64,000 nucleotides of DNA from Candidatus Poribacteria bacterium (GTDB taxonomy: Bacteria; Poribacteria; WGA-4E; PCPOR2b), in assembly GCA_965208325.1 (NCBI GenBank), contig OZ242326.1, positions 1,088,001 through 1,152,000 on the forward strand, given 5' to 3'. The notes beneath the pieces are model-generated. The model saw nothing but the letters and a program-made list of their open reading frames with translations, was not told the origin of the DNA and searched no databases. The position numbers and the translations under genes were made by a program. Below are positions 49,855-60,382 of this stretch, in pieces (position 1 is the first letter of the stretch; each line of letters begins with the position of its first letter).

Positions 49855-52131
49855 TCAATCGCTTATGGATTTAGAAAAGTTACACGACTCATCGGAGCAG
49901 ACGAGTTTGGCCCCCTCCGATTTTGTTACTTTTTCAAGAAGAAACGGCGATTGACACTGCGGGCAGGGCTGTGACACGGGTTTATCCCAAAGCACAAACC
50001 TGCATTTGGGATAGTTGCTGCATCCATAGAAAATCTTACCGCGTTTGCTGCGGCGTTCCCCGAGGTACCCGTCACAGCCATCCGCCGGACAATCAACGCC
50101 GATATTAATCGGTTTTGCATTCCTGCACGCCGGGTATCCCGTACACGCGAGGAATCTGCCTCCAGCGCGGCTCGTTTTTATTGTCATCGGACGGCCGCAC
50201 TTATCGCAGATTTCATCCGTCGGTTCCTCTTCGGCAGGCTGAGTTTCGCTTTCCGTCAAGGGTTTTATGTTACGGCACTCGGGAAACTTTGAACATCCGA
50301 GGAATCGTCCGTATCTGCCCCATTTAATGATCATTGCCGAGCCGCATTTATCACAAGTCTGATCGGTAGTCTCCTCCATCTCCTTCATCGCATGGTACAT
50401 AACATCAGGTGCCTCGCTCAAGGCACTGCTGAAGGGATCATAAAATGTACTCAATGTCGCCACCCAATCCAATTTCCCGTCCTCAATGTCGTCGAGCTGT
50501 TGCTCCATTTTCGCCGTAAATTGGGCATCCACGATTTCAGGAAAACCCTTAACCAAGAGCCGGTTGACCAGTATTCCAATATCTTGAGGAACAAACCGAC
50601 CTTTTTCTTTGAGGACGTATTCCCTTTCCTGGATTTTGGAGATAATTTCGGCGTAAGTGCTCGGTCGGCCAATCTCCTTTTCTTCCAACTCTTTGACAAG
50701 CGTAGCCTCTGTATAACGAGGCGGCGGTTTAGTGTAATGCTGTTTTGGGATGGATTTGAGGAGCTCAAGGAAATCGCCAACTTTTAATTCCGGCAGTATC
50801 GTCTCCTCGTCATTTTCTTCATCCTTGCCGCTGTCGCCTTCGTCGCGGCCCTCTAAATAGACTGCCATGAATCCCTTGAACTTGATTATAGAGCCGGTCG
50901 CACGGAAGATATATTCACCCGCGGAAACGTCAATCGTTGTGACATCCAGAAGCGCAGGGTTCATCTGGCTGGCAACAAATCGCTTCCAGATGAGATCGTA
51001 AAGGCGATATTGTTCAGCTGACAAATGCGGCTTCATAGACTCGGGCGTTCGTTCAACAGATGTAGGCCGAATCGCTTCATGCGCATCTTGTGCACCCTTT
51101 TTGCCTCTATAGTGGACTGGTCGCGCTGGTAAGTAATCGCCGCCATAAGTCTTTCTGATATACGATCGAACTTCGGTAATGGCTTCGCCCGAAACTCGTG
51201 TTGAATCGGTTCGCATATAAGTAATCAGTCCGACGGAACCTCCTTCACCAATCTCCAACCCTTCATAGAGTTTCTGGGCAACGTCCATTGTGCGTTTCGC
51301 CGTAAATCTGCACTTACGCGCAGCGTCTTGCTGCAAAGTGCTCGTGATGAACGGCGGAACTGGTCTCCGTTTTCGCTCACGTCTCTGAACTGTTTTGACG
51401 ACAAATTGTTTCGTTCTCGTGTCCGCGACGATTTCATTTGCTCGCGTCTCATCAATTGGAAATCCGTACGTACTAATTGACCCCTTTTCATTCCCAATCT
51501 GAAGCAGCTTCGCGTCAAACGGGTCGGTCTGTTCGCCTTTCAGCGTCGCCGTAATCGTCCAATATTCCACGGGAACGAAAGCTTCAATTTCTGCTTCCCG
51601 TTCACAGATGAGCCTTACGGCAACGGACTGAACCCGCCCCGCACTCAACCCCGGTTTCAGCGTCCTCCAAAGGAGTGGGCTAATCTGATAACCCACCAAT
51701 CGATCAAGTATTCGCCGTGCTTGCTGTGCCTCAAAAAGCTTTTCATTAACTCTTCCGGGGTTATCGATGGCGGCTTGGATCGCACTCTCCGTAACCTCGT
51801 TGTATGTGATCCGGTAAATTGGTTTCCTCGTTTTCCCCAACTCATGGGCGAGATGCCAACATATCGCCTCGCCTTCTCGATCCAGGTCAGCGGCAAGATA
51901 AATTGAGTCTACGTTCTTTGCGGCAGTCTGCAGCTCCTTGATTGTTTTTCCTTTGCCGCGAATCAGGGTGTACTTCGGGGTAAATCCGTTGTTGACATCA
52001 ACGCCAAGCTCTTTAGGAGGCAAATCGCGGATATGCCCCATAGAGGCTTTAACGATATAATTTCGGCCGAGAAATTTGTTTATCGTTTTCGCCTTCGCGG
52101 GCGATTCAACAACAACTAACGATTTCGGCAT
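49855..52131 (-). CDS. topA: DNA topoisomerase I
   Basis: VVESPAKAKTI, D.DREGEAI, SAGRVQS, ITYMRTDS, AHEAIRP, GRPSTY and C-terminal Zn ribbons. Confidence 0.98.
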   Translation of the reverse strand: MPKSLVVVESPAKAKTINKFLGRNYIVKASMGHIRDLPPKELGVDVNNGFTPKYTLIRGKGKTIKELQTAAKNVDSIYLAADLDREGEAICWHLAHELGKTRKPIYRITYNEVTESAIQAAIDNPGRVNEKLFEAQQARRILDRLVGYQISPLLWRTLKPGLSAGRVQSVAVRLICEREAEIEAFVPVEYWTITATLKGEQTDPFDAKLLQIGNEKGSISTYGFPIDETRANEIVADTRTKQFVVKTVQRRERKRRPVPPFITSTLQQDAARKCRFTAKRTMDVAQKLYEGLEIGEGGSVGLITYMRTDSTRVSGEAITEVRSYIRKTYGGDYLPARPVHYRGKKGAQDAHEAIRPTSVERTPESMKPHLSAEQYRLYDLIWKRFVASQMNPALLDVTTIDVSAGEYIFRATGSIIKFKGFMAVYLEGRDEGDSGKDEENDEETILPELKVGDFLELLKSIPKQHYTKPPPRYTEATLVKELEEKEIGRPSTYAEIISKIQEREYVLKEKGRFVPQDIGILVNRLLVKGFPEIVDAQFTAKMEQQLDDIEDGKLDWVATLSTFYDPFSSALSEAPDVMYHAMKEMEETTDQTCDKCGSAMIIKWGRYGRFLGCSKFPECRNIKPLTESETQPAEEEPTDEICDKCGRPMTIKTSRAGGRFLACTGYPACRNAKPINIGVDCPADGCDGYLGERRSKRGKIFYGCSNYPKCRFVLWDKPVSQPCPQCQSPFLLEKVTKSEGAKLVCSDESCNFSKSISD

Positions 52132-52133
52132 AG

Positions 52134-52943
52134 TTAAATCTCCCTATGCGATGCGGTCGAAGAAGGAAGTCCATCAGAATGAAAATCAAGAAGGTCAATT
52201 AGTAGCGATCGCATTTCACGGCGATGAACAATAGTATCAATCAACCCGTGTTCCAACAAGAACTCGGCTTTCTGGAAATTGTCGGGCAGTTGCTCCCGTA
52301 TACTTGCGACAGCTAAAGGCCCCGCGAAACCAATCCGCGCCGCCGGCTCTGCAACGATGATATGCCCAAGCGACGCGAAGCTAGCGGTCGTCCCGCCAAA
52401 CGTGGGGTCTGTCATTACCGATATGTAGAAGAGATTGGCTTTAGCGTGTTCAACACATGCGGCTGCCGTCTTCGCCATTTGCATCAGTGCTAACGTGCCC
52501 TCTTGCATCCGCATGCCGCCGCTCACCGAAACCGTAATCAATGGAAGCCTCTCCTTAGTCGCCCGCTCAATGCAGCGTGTCAACTTTTCGCCAGCAACAG
52601 ATCCAACCGTACCGCCTCTTATGGTAACATCCGCAATTCCAACCGCTGTCGGGTATCCGCCAATCTTTGCAATGCCGGCGAGCACTTCGGATTTTAACCC
52701 CGTTTTAGCAAAGTCCTGCTGCAGTTTTGTCTCATAGTCCGGAAAATTCAACGGATTCAGCGAATACAGCCCGTTATCGTAACTTTCAAAGCTGCCATCA
52801 TCAACCAATAGCCTGAGTCTTTCATCTGCGCTCATGTAGTGATGGTGGTCGCATTCTGGACAAACTTTATGGTACTCTTCGAACGCAGACTCCTGAATTT
52901 CGGCGCTACAATTGCGGCAGGAGACTGACTTTGAAACTGCCAT
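52134..52943 (-). CDS. accD: Acetyl-CoA carboxylase carboxyltransferase beta subunit
   Basis: N-terminal CxxC...CPEC zinc finger, SGGMRMQEG..ALMQMAK, PTFGG..ASF, IGFAG motifs. Confidence 0.95.
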   Translation of the reverse strand: MAVSKSVSCRNCSAEIQESAFEEYHKVCPECDHHHYMSADERLRLLVDDGSFESYDNGLYSLNPLNFPDYETKLQQDFAKTGLKSEVLAGIAKIGGYPTAVGIADVTIRGGTVGSVAGEKLTRCIERATKERLPLITVSVSGGMRMQEGTLALMQMAKTAAACVEHAKANLFYISVMTDPTFGGTTASFASLGHIIVAEPAARIGFAGPLAVASIREQLPDNFQKAEFLLEHGLIDTIVHRREMRSLLIDLLDFHSDGLPSSTASHREI

Positions 52944-53003
52944 GCTTCTACTCCTAGTATCTCTCCCAAGCTATAATAGTAGGCGAACCTCTCAAAAAGG
53001 CGT

Positions 53004-53032
53004 ATAATACCTTTGACGGTGTGGATTGTCAA
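53004..53032 (-). promoter_or_regulatory. Sigma70-type promoter for accD-topA
   Basis: Minus strand reads TTGACA-N17-TATTAT, about 60 bp upstream of accD. Confidence 0.65.
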
Positions 53033-53165
53033 GCAAAAATGGTCGGCGGCGGGGTTTTATCAGGTTGGTTCTCTGTGGTGCTTGTTGTGCTCTCACACGT
53101 GGGAGGCATGTCCAAATTACATTTCCTGCACGGATGCCTGAAATGCCCTATTCAAGAAGCGCAGG

Positions 53166-54593
53166 TTAATTGACCTCTATTCCCAGTTTCTTTATCTTCT
53201 GCAGCAAAGTTGTCCTGCTGATACCCAACAATTTCGCTGATTTCGTCTGATTTGCATCTGCGCCATCGAGTACAATCCGGATTAGTGCACCATCCACGGC
53301 ATCTATTACTTCATTGTATAACGAATCTCGAATGTCCGTTACGGCTTCGTCGATAATTGGTCTCAACGCAGATTCGAGTTGCTTCTCTAGTTCAGGACGG
53401 TTGGAATGTTTGCTTTCTCTGTAACCTACAATCTCGGGAGGAAGGTGTTCTGGCAGGACAATATCTGACCTTGACAGCACAGCGGCGCTTTTGAGTGCGT
53501 TTTCTAACTCTCTAACATTGCCAGGCCAATCGTACCCCTGCAAATACTGCAGGCAACGACTTGATACCCCCCGAACAGGTTTATCAAGCTCAGCGCTAAT
53601 CAGCATCAAAAAGTGATCGACGAGCAGTGGAATGTCTTCAACACGATCCCGCAACGGCGGCAGATGGATGGAGAGGCGTTTAAAGCGGTAGTAAAGATCC
53701 TCACGGAACTTCCCAAGTCTTGAAGCCTCGCCAAGATCGCGGTTTGTTACGGCAATAATGCGGACATCAACGCCTATCGTCTCGGTTCCGCCTACCCTTT
53801 CGATTTCCTGTTCTTGTAGGGCGCGTTGCAATTTTACCTGCAGCGCCGGGCTCATATTCGACACCTCGTCAAGCAACAGCGTCCCCCCGTCTGCAAGCTC
53901 AAATCTGCCCGGTTTTCCTTTTGCGCTTGCCCCAGTGAATGCACCCGGGTCGTATCCAAAAAGTTCACTTTCTAACAACTCATCGGGCAACGCACCGCAG
54001 TTGACGGCGACAAACGGTTTGTCTCTACGAACACTATTCGAGTGAATCGCTTGAGCGATTAGCTCTTTCCCGGTTCCGCTCTCCCCTTCGATGAGCACCG
54101 TGATGGTGTTGGTTGACATAATGCCTATCAGCTTGTAAATTTCTTGCATTTGAGCCGATTTACCAATCAGGCGAGGCCCCAAAAACGAGCTCGGCATTTG
54201 CGCATCAGAAAATTGAAGCTCGCCCCGCGCAGTCTGCATCTGGATGGCACGATCAAGTACCACTTTCACTTTATCTAGATCAATCGGTTTGGGTAGAAAA
54301 TCAAATGCCTGCAACTTCATGGCTTGGATAGTCGTATCAACGTCGTCATGCGCAGTCATCACCACAACAATCGCATCCGGCTGCATAGATTTAATCTGCT
54401 CCAAGGCGTCCAAGCCATTCATGCCCGGTAGTCGGACATCAAGTAAAACAATATCGGGGGTTTCAGATTCAACCTGCCGCAAACCCTCCTCTGCGTTATT
54501 GGCAATTATTGGTTTGTACCCTTCCTCAGCCAAAAATTGCTCAAATGCCCAACAGATTTTTTCATCATCATCTACCACTAAAATTTTCTTCAT
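53166..54593 (-). CDS. Sigma54-dependent response regulator (NtrC family)
   Basis: Receiver domain, GESGTGKE, ELFG...GAFTGA, WPGNVREL, C-terminal Fis HTH. Confidence 0.96.
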   Translation of the reverse strand: MKKILVVDDDEKICWAFEQFLAEEGYKPIIANNAEEGLRQVESETPDIVLLDVRLPGMNGLDALEQIKSMQPDAIVVVMTAHDDVDTTIQAMKLQAFDFLPKPIDLDKVKVVLDRAIQMQTARGELQFSDAQMPSSFLGPRLIGKSAQMQEIYKLIGIMSTNTITVLIEGESGTGKELIAQAIHSNSVRRDKPFVAVNCGALPDELLESELFGYDPGAFTGASAKGKPGRFELADGGTLLLDEVSNMSPALQVKLQRALQEQEIERVGGTETIGVDVRIIAVTNRDLGEASRLGKFREDLYYRFKRLSIHLPPLRDRVEDIPLLVDHFLMLISAELDKPVRGVSSRCLQYLQGYDWPGNVRELENALKSAAVLSRSDIVLPEHLPPEIVGYRESKHSNRPELEKQLESALRPIIDEAVTDIRDSLYNEVIDAVDGALIRIVLDGADANQTKSAKLLGISRTTLLQKIKKLGIEVN

Positions 54594-54918
54594 AATGCAC
54601 CAATGCCTACAAATTTAACGGTTGTATCTTATCACGTTTCAACGGAAATTTCAATCTGTTAATGTATCGTGTGAACGCCAGTCCCTCACTCTTTTCCGCG
54701 CAGCCGCCCAGACAATTATCCCAATCCCGGCCTCGCTCAAGTTTCACTTGTTAGCTTTGCATACATACCCAATGTTAAATGACCATGTCTTGAGTTTGGA
54801 AAAATTATATTGCATTTTTGCAGCGATATGGTTATTCTTAATTATTATCCGAACCACTTATTCATGAAAGACAAGAAAAACAGAATTCAATCTTGCACTG
54901 AATTGACTTAAGATAATC

Positions 54919-55596
54919 ATGCGAAAAGAAACATTGAAGCAGCTCGCCGCAGAGACAGCCGCCAAGAATGTGCAGGACGGGATGGTTGTCGGGCTAGGTA
55001 CAGGCTCAACCGTCTTCTACGCTTTGCTGAAGCTAGGCGAGATGGTACGCGGCGGTCTTGATATTATCGGTATCCCAACATCGAAACAGACCGAAGAAAT
55101 CGCGAAAGCACATGGCATAGCGCTCTCAACGCTAGAAAAGCATCAGGTTATCGATGTAACCATTGACGGTGCTGACGAGGTAGATACCGGCCTTCACCTG
55201 ATTAAAGGCATGGGCGGTGCACTGGTGAGGGAAAAAATTGTCGCCCACGCTTCCAATCAACTCATCATTGTTGCGGATGAAAGCAAACTGGTGGAAGCAT
55301 TAGGCACAAAATCTCCACTGCCTGTGGAGGTTGTCCCATTTGGTTGGCAGGCCACGCAGCTCGCCTTGAATCAACTCTGTGATAAAATTTCGTTGCGGCT
55401 TGTCAATAATGCGCCGTTCATCAGCGATAACGGTATGTACATTTTGGATTGCCACTTCAATGCCATACCTCAGCCCGCACAAACCGAACGGATTATCAAC
55501 AATATCCCCGGCGTAGTTGAAAACGGTCTTTTTGTGAACCGTGCTGAGAAGGCAATCATTGGCACCGCTTCAGGCATCCAGATTAGAGAGAAGTGA
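54919..55596 (+). CDS. rpiA: Ribose-5-phosphate isomerase A
   Basis: GLGTGST, DGADEVD, IKG.GGAL.REK, LPVEV, IPGVVENG motifs. Confidence 0.97.
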   Translation: MRKETLKQLAAETAAKNVQDGMVVGLGTGSTVFYALLKLGEMVRGGLDIIGIPTSKQTEEIAKAHGIALSTLEKHQVIDVTIDGADEVDTGLHLIKGMGGALVREKIVAHASNQLIIVADESKLVEALGTKSPLPVEVVPFGWQATQLALNQLCDKISLRLVNNAPFISDNGMYILDCHFNAIPQPAQTERIINNIPGVVENGLFVNRAEKAIIGTASGIQIREK

Positions 55597-56557
55597 ATTG
55601 AAGAAGGTATCTCAAACTAGTCGGCCGCGGGAAAGATTTCACAGGTTGACGCACGATGCAATACGCGTTGTGTATTGCGAATTGCGTGATAGCTCACCAC
55701 ACGCCGCACGTCCAGCCGCGGTTCTACTTTTTCTCGCCACATTTTGGTCTACATGTTCCCTAATCCTTGAACCCTCTTGTTGGGCGGCGCCGTATTTTCG
55801 AGAAAGCGGATTGACCGACATACCGACTGGAAAAGTGGTCGAACACGGAATTTTCAACATTGGGACCTACCTTGCTTTTCGCGGCGAAGACGCAATCCAG
55901 AGCGACGAAGCCGCCGCTCGGTTCGATTTTGGCCTTTTCGATAGGATTGAAATCGGTTTCACCAGCACACGGCTGAATCAAGAGAGCCATCTATCAGCGA
56001 ATCTAAAGCTACTCCTATTCCGCGAATCTGGCGCAGTCCCCAATGTCGCGGTTGGTGTTGAAAACGTCGGGAACACGATTGAGCATGGACTAAACGACGT
56101 AACTCGCTACAAGTCGCGGTCTACTTTTCTCGCCATTAGCAAGGTGTTTAATTTACCTCGCGTCCATCTGATTTCTGGCCACATCGGTATTGGAAACCGG
56201 CGTTTCGTTGATAATGTTGGCATGGGTAAGTGGTTAAACGGGGTGTTTTTCGGGATTGGCAAGGACTTCCATCCCGCCTTCGCAAGGGGCGATCTCAATT
56301 TTAGCATCGAAGTCGATGGTAGAGGTGTTAACACCGGTTTAAGACATACGGCAACTACCGGTCTGCAGGTCTACCTCGGTGTGGAAGCATTGAACGCGCT
56401 CACGAGCGATGAAGAAGAAATTCGATTTTTGGCGGGCGTAGCGTGGACAAACCGCTCTATTATGAAACAAACCGAAGACTCTAAACGGTTGTCGGAACAA
56501 GCTGTTAAGATTGCGAATCAAGCCAAACGGAAGGCTGAAAAACAGTCAACAGATTAA
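55541..56557 (+). CDS. Outer-membrane beta-strand protein (YjbH-like); true start uncertain
   Basis: Signal-like hydrophobic stretch followed by GLTDIPT, amphipathic beta strands (PNVAVGVEN, HIGIG) and a C-terminal coiled coil. Confidence 0.55.
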   Translation: MLRRQSLAPLQASRLERSELKKVSQTSRPRERFHRLTHDAIRVVYCELRDSSPHAARPAAVLLFLATFWSTCSLILEPSCWAAPYFRESGLTDIPTGKVVEHGIFNIGTYLAFRGEDAIQSDEAAARFDFGLFDRIEIGFTSTRLNQESHLSANLKLLLFRESGAVPNVAVGVENVGNTIEHGLNDVTRYKSRSTFLAISKVFNLPRVHLISGHIGIGNRRFVDNVGMGKWLNGVFFGIGKDFHPAFARGDLNFSIEVDGRGVNTGLRHTATTGLQVYLGVEALNALTSDEEEIRFLAGVAWTNRSIMKQTEDSKRLSEQAVKIANQAKRKAEKQSTD

Positions 56558-56666
56558 CCGGGTTCCTGCTGTCTACACTCAAAAACTTTACTCATGTATA
56601 CTGCGATTAACTGCAATGCAGGAACTAACACTGTTATGTTGCCGCCTATCATTTGACTCGCTAACA

Positions 56667-56684
56667 CCCCGCACTATAGCGGGG
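56667..56684. terminator. Hairpin between convergent genes
   Basis: CCCCGC-ACTATA-GCGGGG 6-bp stem; no strong U tract. Confidence 0.3.
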
Positions 56685-56703
56685 CACAATCTTTGCTCCA
56701 TGG

Positions 56704-57549
56704 CTAGACTCTTCGATCAATCCCTGCTTCGGCGAATGCACGAGATAACACGCCATAAGAAAAATCCGATGCTAGGAACGGATTATAGTCCTTGCGGCCC
56801 TGTACCATCATACTTACTTCGGCGGTAATGAATCCGTCATAGCCGTGTGTTTGCATCGCATGTAGGTACGCTACAAAATCGAAATTTCCTTCCCCCGGAA
56901 TGAGAAACTCAAAGTCCGGAAAATGTCCACGCTGATCCTTGACATGAGCGTGGACAGAATGCGGTGCTAGGACTGAAACAGTTTCTTCGATTGTCATGCC
57001 GACGATGTCAAAGTGGCTGATATCGAAATTTACCTTGAGGTTTGGTGAACCTACCAGTTCTAGCAACTCAATCATTTTATCCGGCGTATCAATAATTGCG
57101 CCGACGTGCGGTTCCATCGCAACAGTCGCACCGCGCGATTGGGCGTATTCCACGAGTTCGGCAGTCCGTTCCACGAGTAACTGCTTCAGGGCTTCCCACT
57201 GATGCGGCTTGCCGCCCGGAGTTGTGTTTATGGCGGGAATTATTTCTTGCTGCCCTAAATCCACCGCTAAATCTATAGCGCCCTTCAGTCTCCGCAAATT
57301 GCGTGTGTGCGCTTCGAAATCGGTTTCAAGCAAACTTGAATGCGCGGCAATTGCCGGCAACGCCAGATGATGCTTCCTTAACAAATTGGCAATCCGTTTA
57401 CGTTCATCGCTGTCAAGCGTGCTCAATTCTGTCGTGTAACGCGGAATGACCGTCAGTTCAATACCGTCAAAACCAAGTTGTGCAATATGACGAATTGCTG
57501 TTTCAACGGGCACGCTCGGCATTCCCCACGTACTATAACCGAGTTTCAT
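56704..57549 (-). CDS. Sugar phosphate isomerase/epimerase (xylose isomerase-like TIM barrel)
   Basis: GFDGIEL, MEPH, NFDISH, HAHVKD, PGEG, AEV metal-ligand pattern. Confidence 0.9.
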   Translation of the reverse strand: MKLGYSTWGMPSVPVETAIRHIAQLGFDGIELTVIPRYTTELSTLDSDERKRIANLLRKHHLALPAIAAHSSLLETDFEAHTRNLRRLKGAIDLAVDLGQQEIIPAINTTPGGKPHQWEALKQLLVERTAELVEYAQSRGATVAMEPHVGAIIDTPDKMIELLELVGSPNLKVNFDISHFDIVGMTIEETVSVLAPHSVHAHVKDQRGHFPDFEFLIPGEGNFDFVAYLHAMQTHGYDGFITAEVSMMVQGRKDYNPFLASDFSYGVLSRAFAEAGIDRRV

Positions 57550-57568
57550 ACTTACGCTCCGCCATACG

Positions 57569-58354
57569 TTAGGGCCAAACCTGCGGGAAATACTTTCCCT
57601 TCAACAATTCCCCGTCCTCCACTTCTACGAACGGCTTCATTACGTGTTCACCGCTGGCATCGTACCGTGTTTCTTGGGTCATATAGTGTATCGCAATTGC
57701 CCGCCGCGGCCCCGCACTAGTATTAGCGTGAGATGCATGCCATGTCATCCCGTGGTGATAGTGTACCTCTCCCATTCGCACGGGGCATCGCAATGCCTCC
57801 ACTTTGCGCCCGTTGAATTCAGCAGGCAGGTCTTCGAACGTATCCAATTTTTGCTGAAGGAACTCAATCTGATCGCCCCAGCGGTACGAACCTGACACCA
57901 TACTCATGCAGCCATTGGATTCATCGACATCATCTAAAGCCGTCCAAGCAGTGACTTGTGTCTTTGGGTGCAGGATCGGCCATAGCGGTGCATCTTGATG
58001 CCATCGATTAACGCCCCCTACTTCAGGAGGTTTGTACTGAATCTGATCATGCCACACCCGCAGTTCGCTAGCCCGTGTCAACTGGGCAATCTCCTCGACA
58101 ATCTTCCGATTGCTCAACAGCGCCCGGAATACATCGCTCACCTCCCAAATATTGACAATTTGCCAGACTAACTTGTTTGGCGCGCTCGTCGCATTACGCT
58201 GCAAGAGAGGCTGCGCGGTATCGGCGTCATCTCTGTTATCAATGACTCGCGTGAGCTCACGCCGCAACGCCTCCACCTGATCTCGATTCAGCGCAAGTCC
58301 GCCATTGAGAAACCCCTTTGCGTCGAATTCCTCTACTTGTGCTTCGGTCAACAT
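57569..58354 (-). CDS. Phytanoyl-CoA dioxygenase family protein
   Basis: KPP..GG..WHQD, NGCMSMV.GS, WHASHAN...RRA motifs. Confidence 0.9.
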   Translation of the reverse strand: MLTEAQVEEFDAKGFLNGGLALNRDQVEALRRELTRVIDNRDDADTAQPLLQRNATSAPNKLVWQIVNIWEVSDVFRALLSNRKIVEEIAQLTRASELRVWHDQIQYKPPEVGGVNRWHQDAPLWPILHPKTQVTAWTALDDVDESNGCMSMVSGSYRWGDQIEFLQQKLDTFEDLPAEFNGRKVEALRCPVRMGEVHYHHGMTWHASHANTSAGPRRAIAIHYMTQETRYDASGEHVMKPFVEVEDGELLKGKYFPQVWP

Positions 58355-58499
58355 CAGTGACTCCCTCCTATTCAGAATAATATGCTATCTTCAGTTACAC
58401 GATGTACCGAATGTGCAGCTAATGGCTTTTCAATAAGATAAAGTGAATGTGAAAGCCGCATTTGCTTATAGATTAATCCCTGCGGCTTTAGGCAACACC

Positions 58500-59774
58500 T
58501 CACACACTTAGAATTCCCAAACTGTTGTTGATTTCTTGTTGATAATATTTGACCTTCTCGCTGATTACTTCATCCACCGAAACAGGCTGTCCAATCTCAT
58601 TGGATTCCAGCATCGCATAAGAGACAGCGACAGATCGCGTGCCTTGTTCGGCATCCACTTCAACATCGCCTTCACCCAAGATGGATGCTGCAAAATTCCC
58701 ATATTCAATTGCGATGTTCTTTCGATCTGTTTCAGGAAACGGGAATTGGTAATGCCAAAGCCGATCTCCACCAAACAGACCGGCTGTTATTGTATCAAGA
58801 TGAAAATCTGGAACTAGATTTAGCATTCTCTCGTCATCGAAAACATCCTCTCCCTCAATGTTAAGAATTATGGTGCCCCCGCTACGATCCTGCGGCAAAG
58901 TCATCGATCCCCGGGAGCCGTGAATGCGCCTCGTCCATATACCCTGGCCATACCCGGCGTGATCTTCAACGTACTGTCCGACAACGCCGCTCTTGAACGT
59001 CAGTGTAGCGTAAGCGGCATCTTCCGCGGTGGCTTCAAATTCGGCTGGCATCTGTTTCTGCCATTGCTCATAAACGCGGCTGGGGTTATTTTTAGGGCTA
59101 CCTCCTTTAGCCGCGGGGTTTTTGCGGGTGCGCTCGTGCAGTCTCGTTTTCCCATAGACCGTATCTATTTCGCCCAGCAAGTACTCCATCATGTCAGTGA
59201 AATGCACGCCGACATCAAGAAGTATGCCCCCTTGGTTCTTTTGGTGGCGCCACGCCGTGATTATCATCTGATCCCGGCCTCCAACCGAATGATGGAGGAG
59301 AAAGCGTGGTTCCCCGATGACACCGGCATCCAAAAGTGCCTTCGCCAACCGGTTGATTGGATCGCGGCGGTAATTCTCCGCTACACTCAAAATTGCATTG
59401 TTTTTCTCTGCGGCACGCCAAATTATGTTGCACGCCCGTACGGTAACACCCATCGGCTTTTCAACCATGGTGTGCCACCCGCGATTCAGTGTTTCAACAA
59501 CGAGCGTATGATGATATCGCGGCGTTGTGGTCACACTGACCGCTTCAACACCGATCGCAGCCAATTCATCCAAATCACTGACGACGGTCGGATGGGTGCC
59601 AAAATCTCTCGCAGCCTGATTCGCAAGGGATGCCGCATTCTCTCGTACCGGATCGCATGCGCCAACTAGGTCAAAGCCTTCCCACCCGATACGTCGGAGT
59701 TCTGCAAGGCCGTACATATGGCGGTGTCCCATACCCCCACAGCCAACAATTGCCAATCGAATCTGCCGACTCAC
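58500..59774 (-). CDS. Gfo/Idh/MocA family oxidoreductase
   Basis: IVGCGGMG, MVEKP, AENYRR, LDVGVH motifs; start placed at GTG 59774. Confidence 0.9.
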   Translation of the reverse strand: MSRQIRLAIVGCGGMGHRHMYGLAELRRIGWEGFDLVGACDPVRENAASLANQAARDFGTHPTVVSDLDELAAIGVEAVSVTTTPRYHHTLVVETLNRGWHTMVEKPMGVTVRACNIIWRAAEKNNAILSVAENYRRDPINRLAKALLDAGVIGEPRFLLHHSVGGRDQMIITAWRHQKNQGGILLDVGVHFTDMMEYLLGEIDTVYGKTRLHERTRKNPAAKGGSPKNNPSRVYEQWQKQMPAEFEATAEDAAYATLTFKSGVVGQYVEDHAGYGQGIWTRRIHGSRGSMTLPQDRSGGTIILNIEGEDVFDDERMLNLVPDFHLDTITAGLFGGDRLWHYQFPFPETDRKNIAIEYGNFAASILGEGDVEVDAEQGTRSVAVSYAMLESNEIGQPVSVDEVISEKVKYYQQEINNSLGILSV

Positions 59775-60014
59775 TATTACCTGTCTCCATAGAACGAAAT
59801 TAATGATTTGGTTCGCCAATTATAGCGGTGTCATAGGTACATGTCAATGACAAAAGGATTCCAAATCTATCGGCGTGCCGTTCGAACCGACAATCGTCTT
59901 GCATTGTGTCTTTGGTTTTTGATAAAATCTACAAAATTAAGACTTTCGCACTTCAGATTGTAGCTGCTTGATTCAGAGGGCGTCAAAAACCGTTTTCAGA
60001 CGCTACACCCATCT

Positions 60015-60365
60015 TAGGCGGGTATTTTGCCCCGCGTTCGTGATGAAAATCCGTATTGCAACACCAATTCGTTAAACCGCGTGAGTCCCAAAAAAAATCG
60101 AACTGAACAATGAAAGAAAGTACACCACCGCCCTCCGTAGGCGGGGCATCTTGCCCCGCATTTGTGATGAAAACCCGTATTGCAACACCAATTCGTTAAA
60201 CCGCGTGAGTCCCAAAAAAAAAATCTAACTGAACAATGAAGGAAAGTACACCACCGCCCTCCGTAGGCGGGGCATCTTGCCCCGCATTCGTGATGAAAAT
60301 CCGTATTGCGACACCAATTCGTTAAACCGCGTGAGTCCCCAAAAAAAAAATCGAACTGAACAATG
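60015..60365. repeat. Three tandem ~125-bp repeats each carrying a GTAG REP-like hairpin
   Basis: Units begin at 60015, 60138 and 60264; hairpin GCGGGGCA-TCT-TGCCCCGC (degenerate in unit 1); poly-A tracts of 8, 10 and 10. Confidence 0.95.
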
Positions 60366-60382
60366 CGAGAGAGTGTGATGAA

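Noticed and set aside
60015..60365. CRISPR array or coding repeat
   Set aside because: Whole units are duplicated with no spacers, and variable poly-A tracts break any reading frame.
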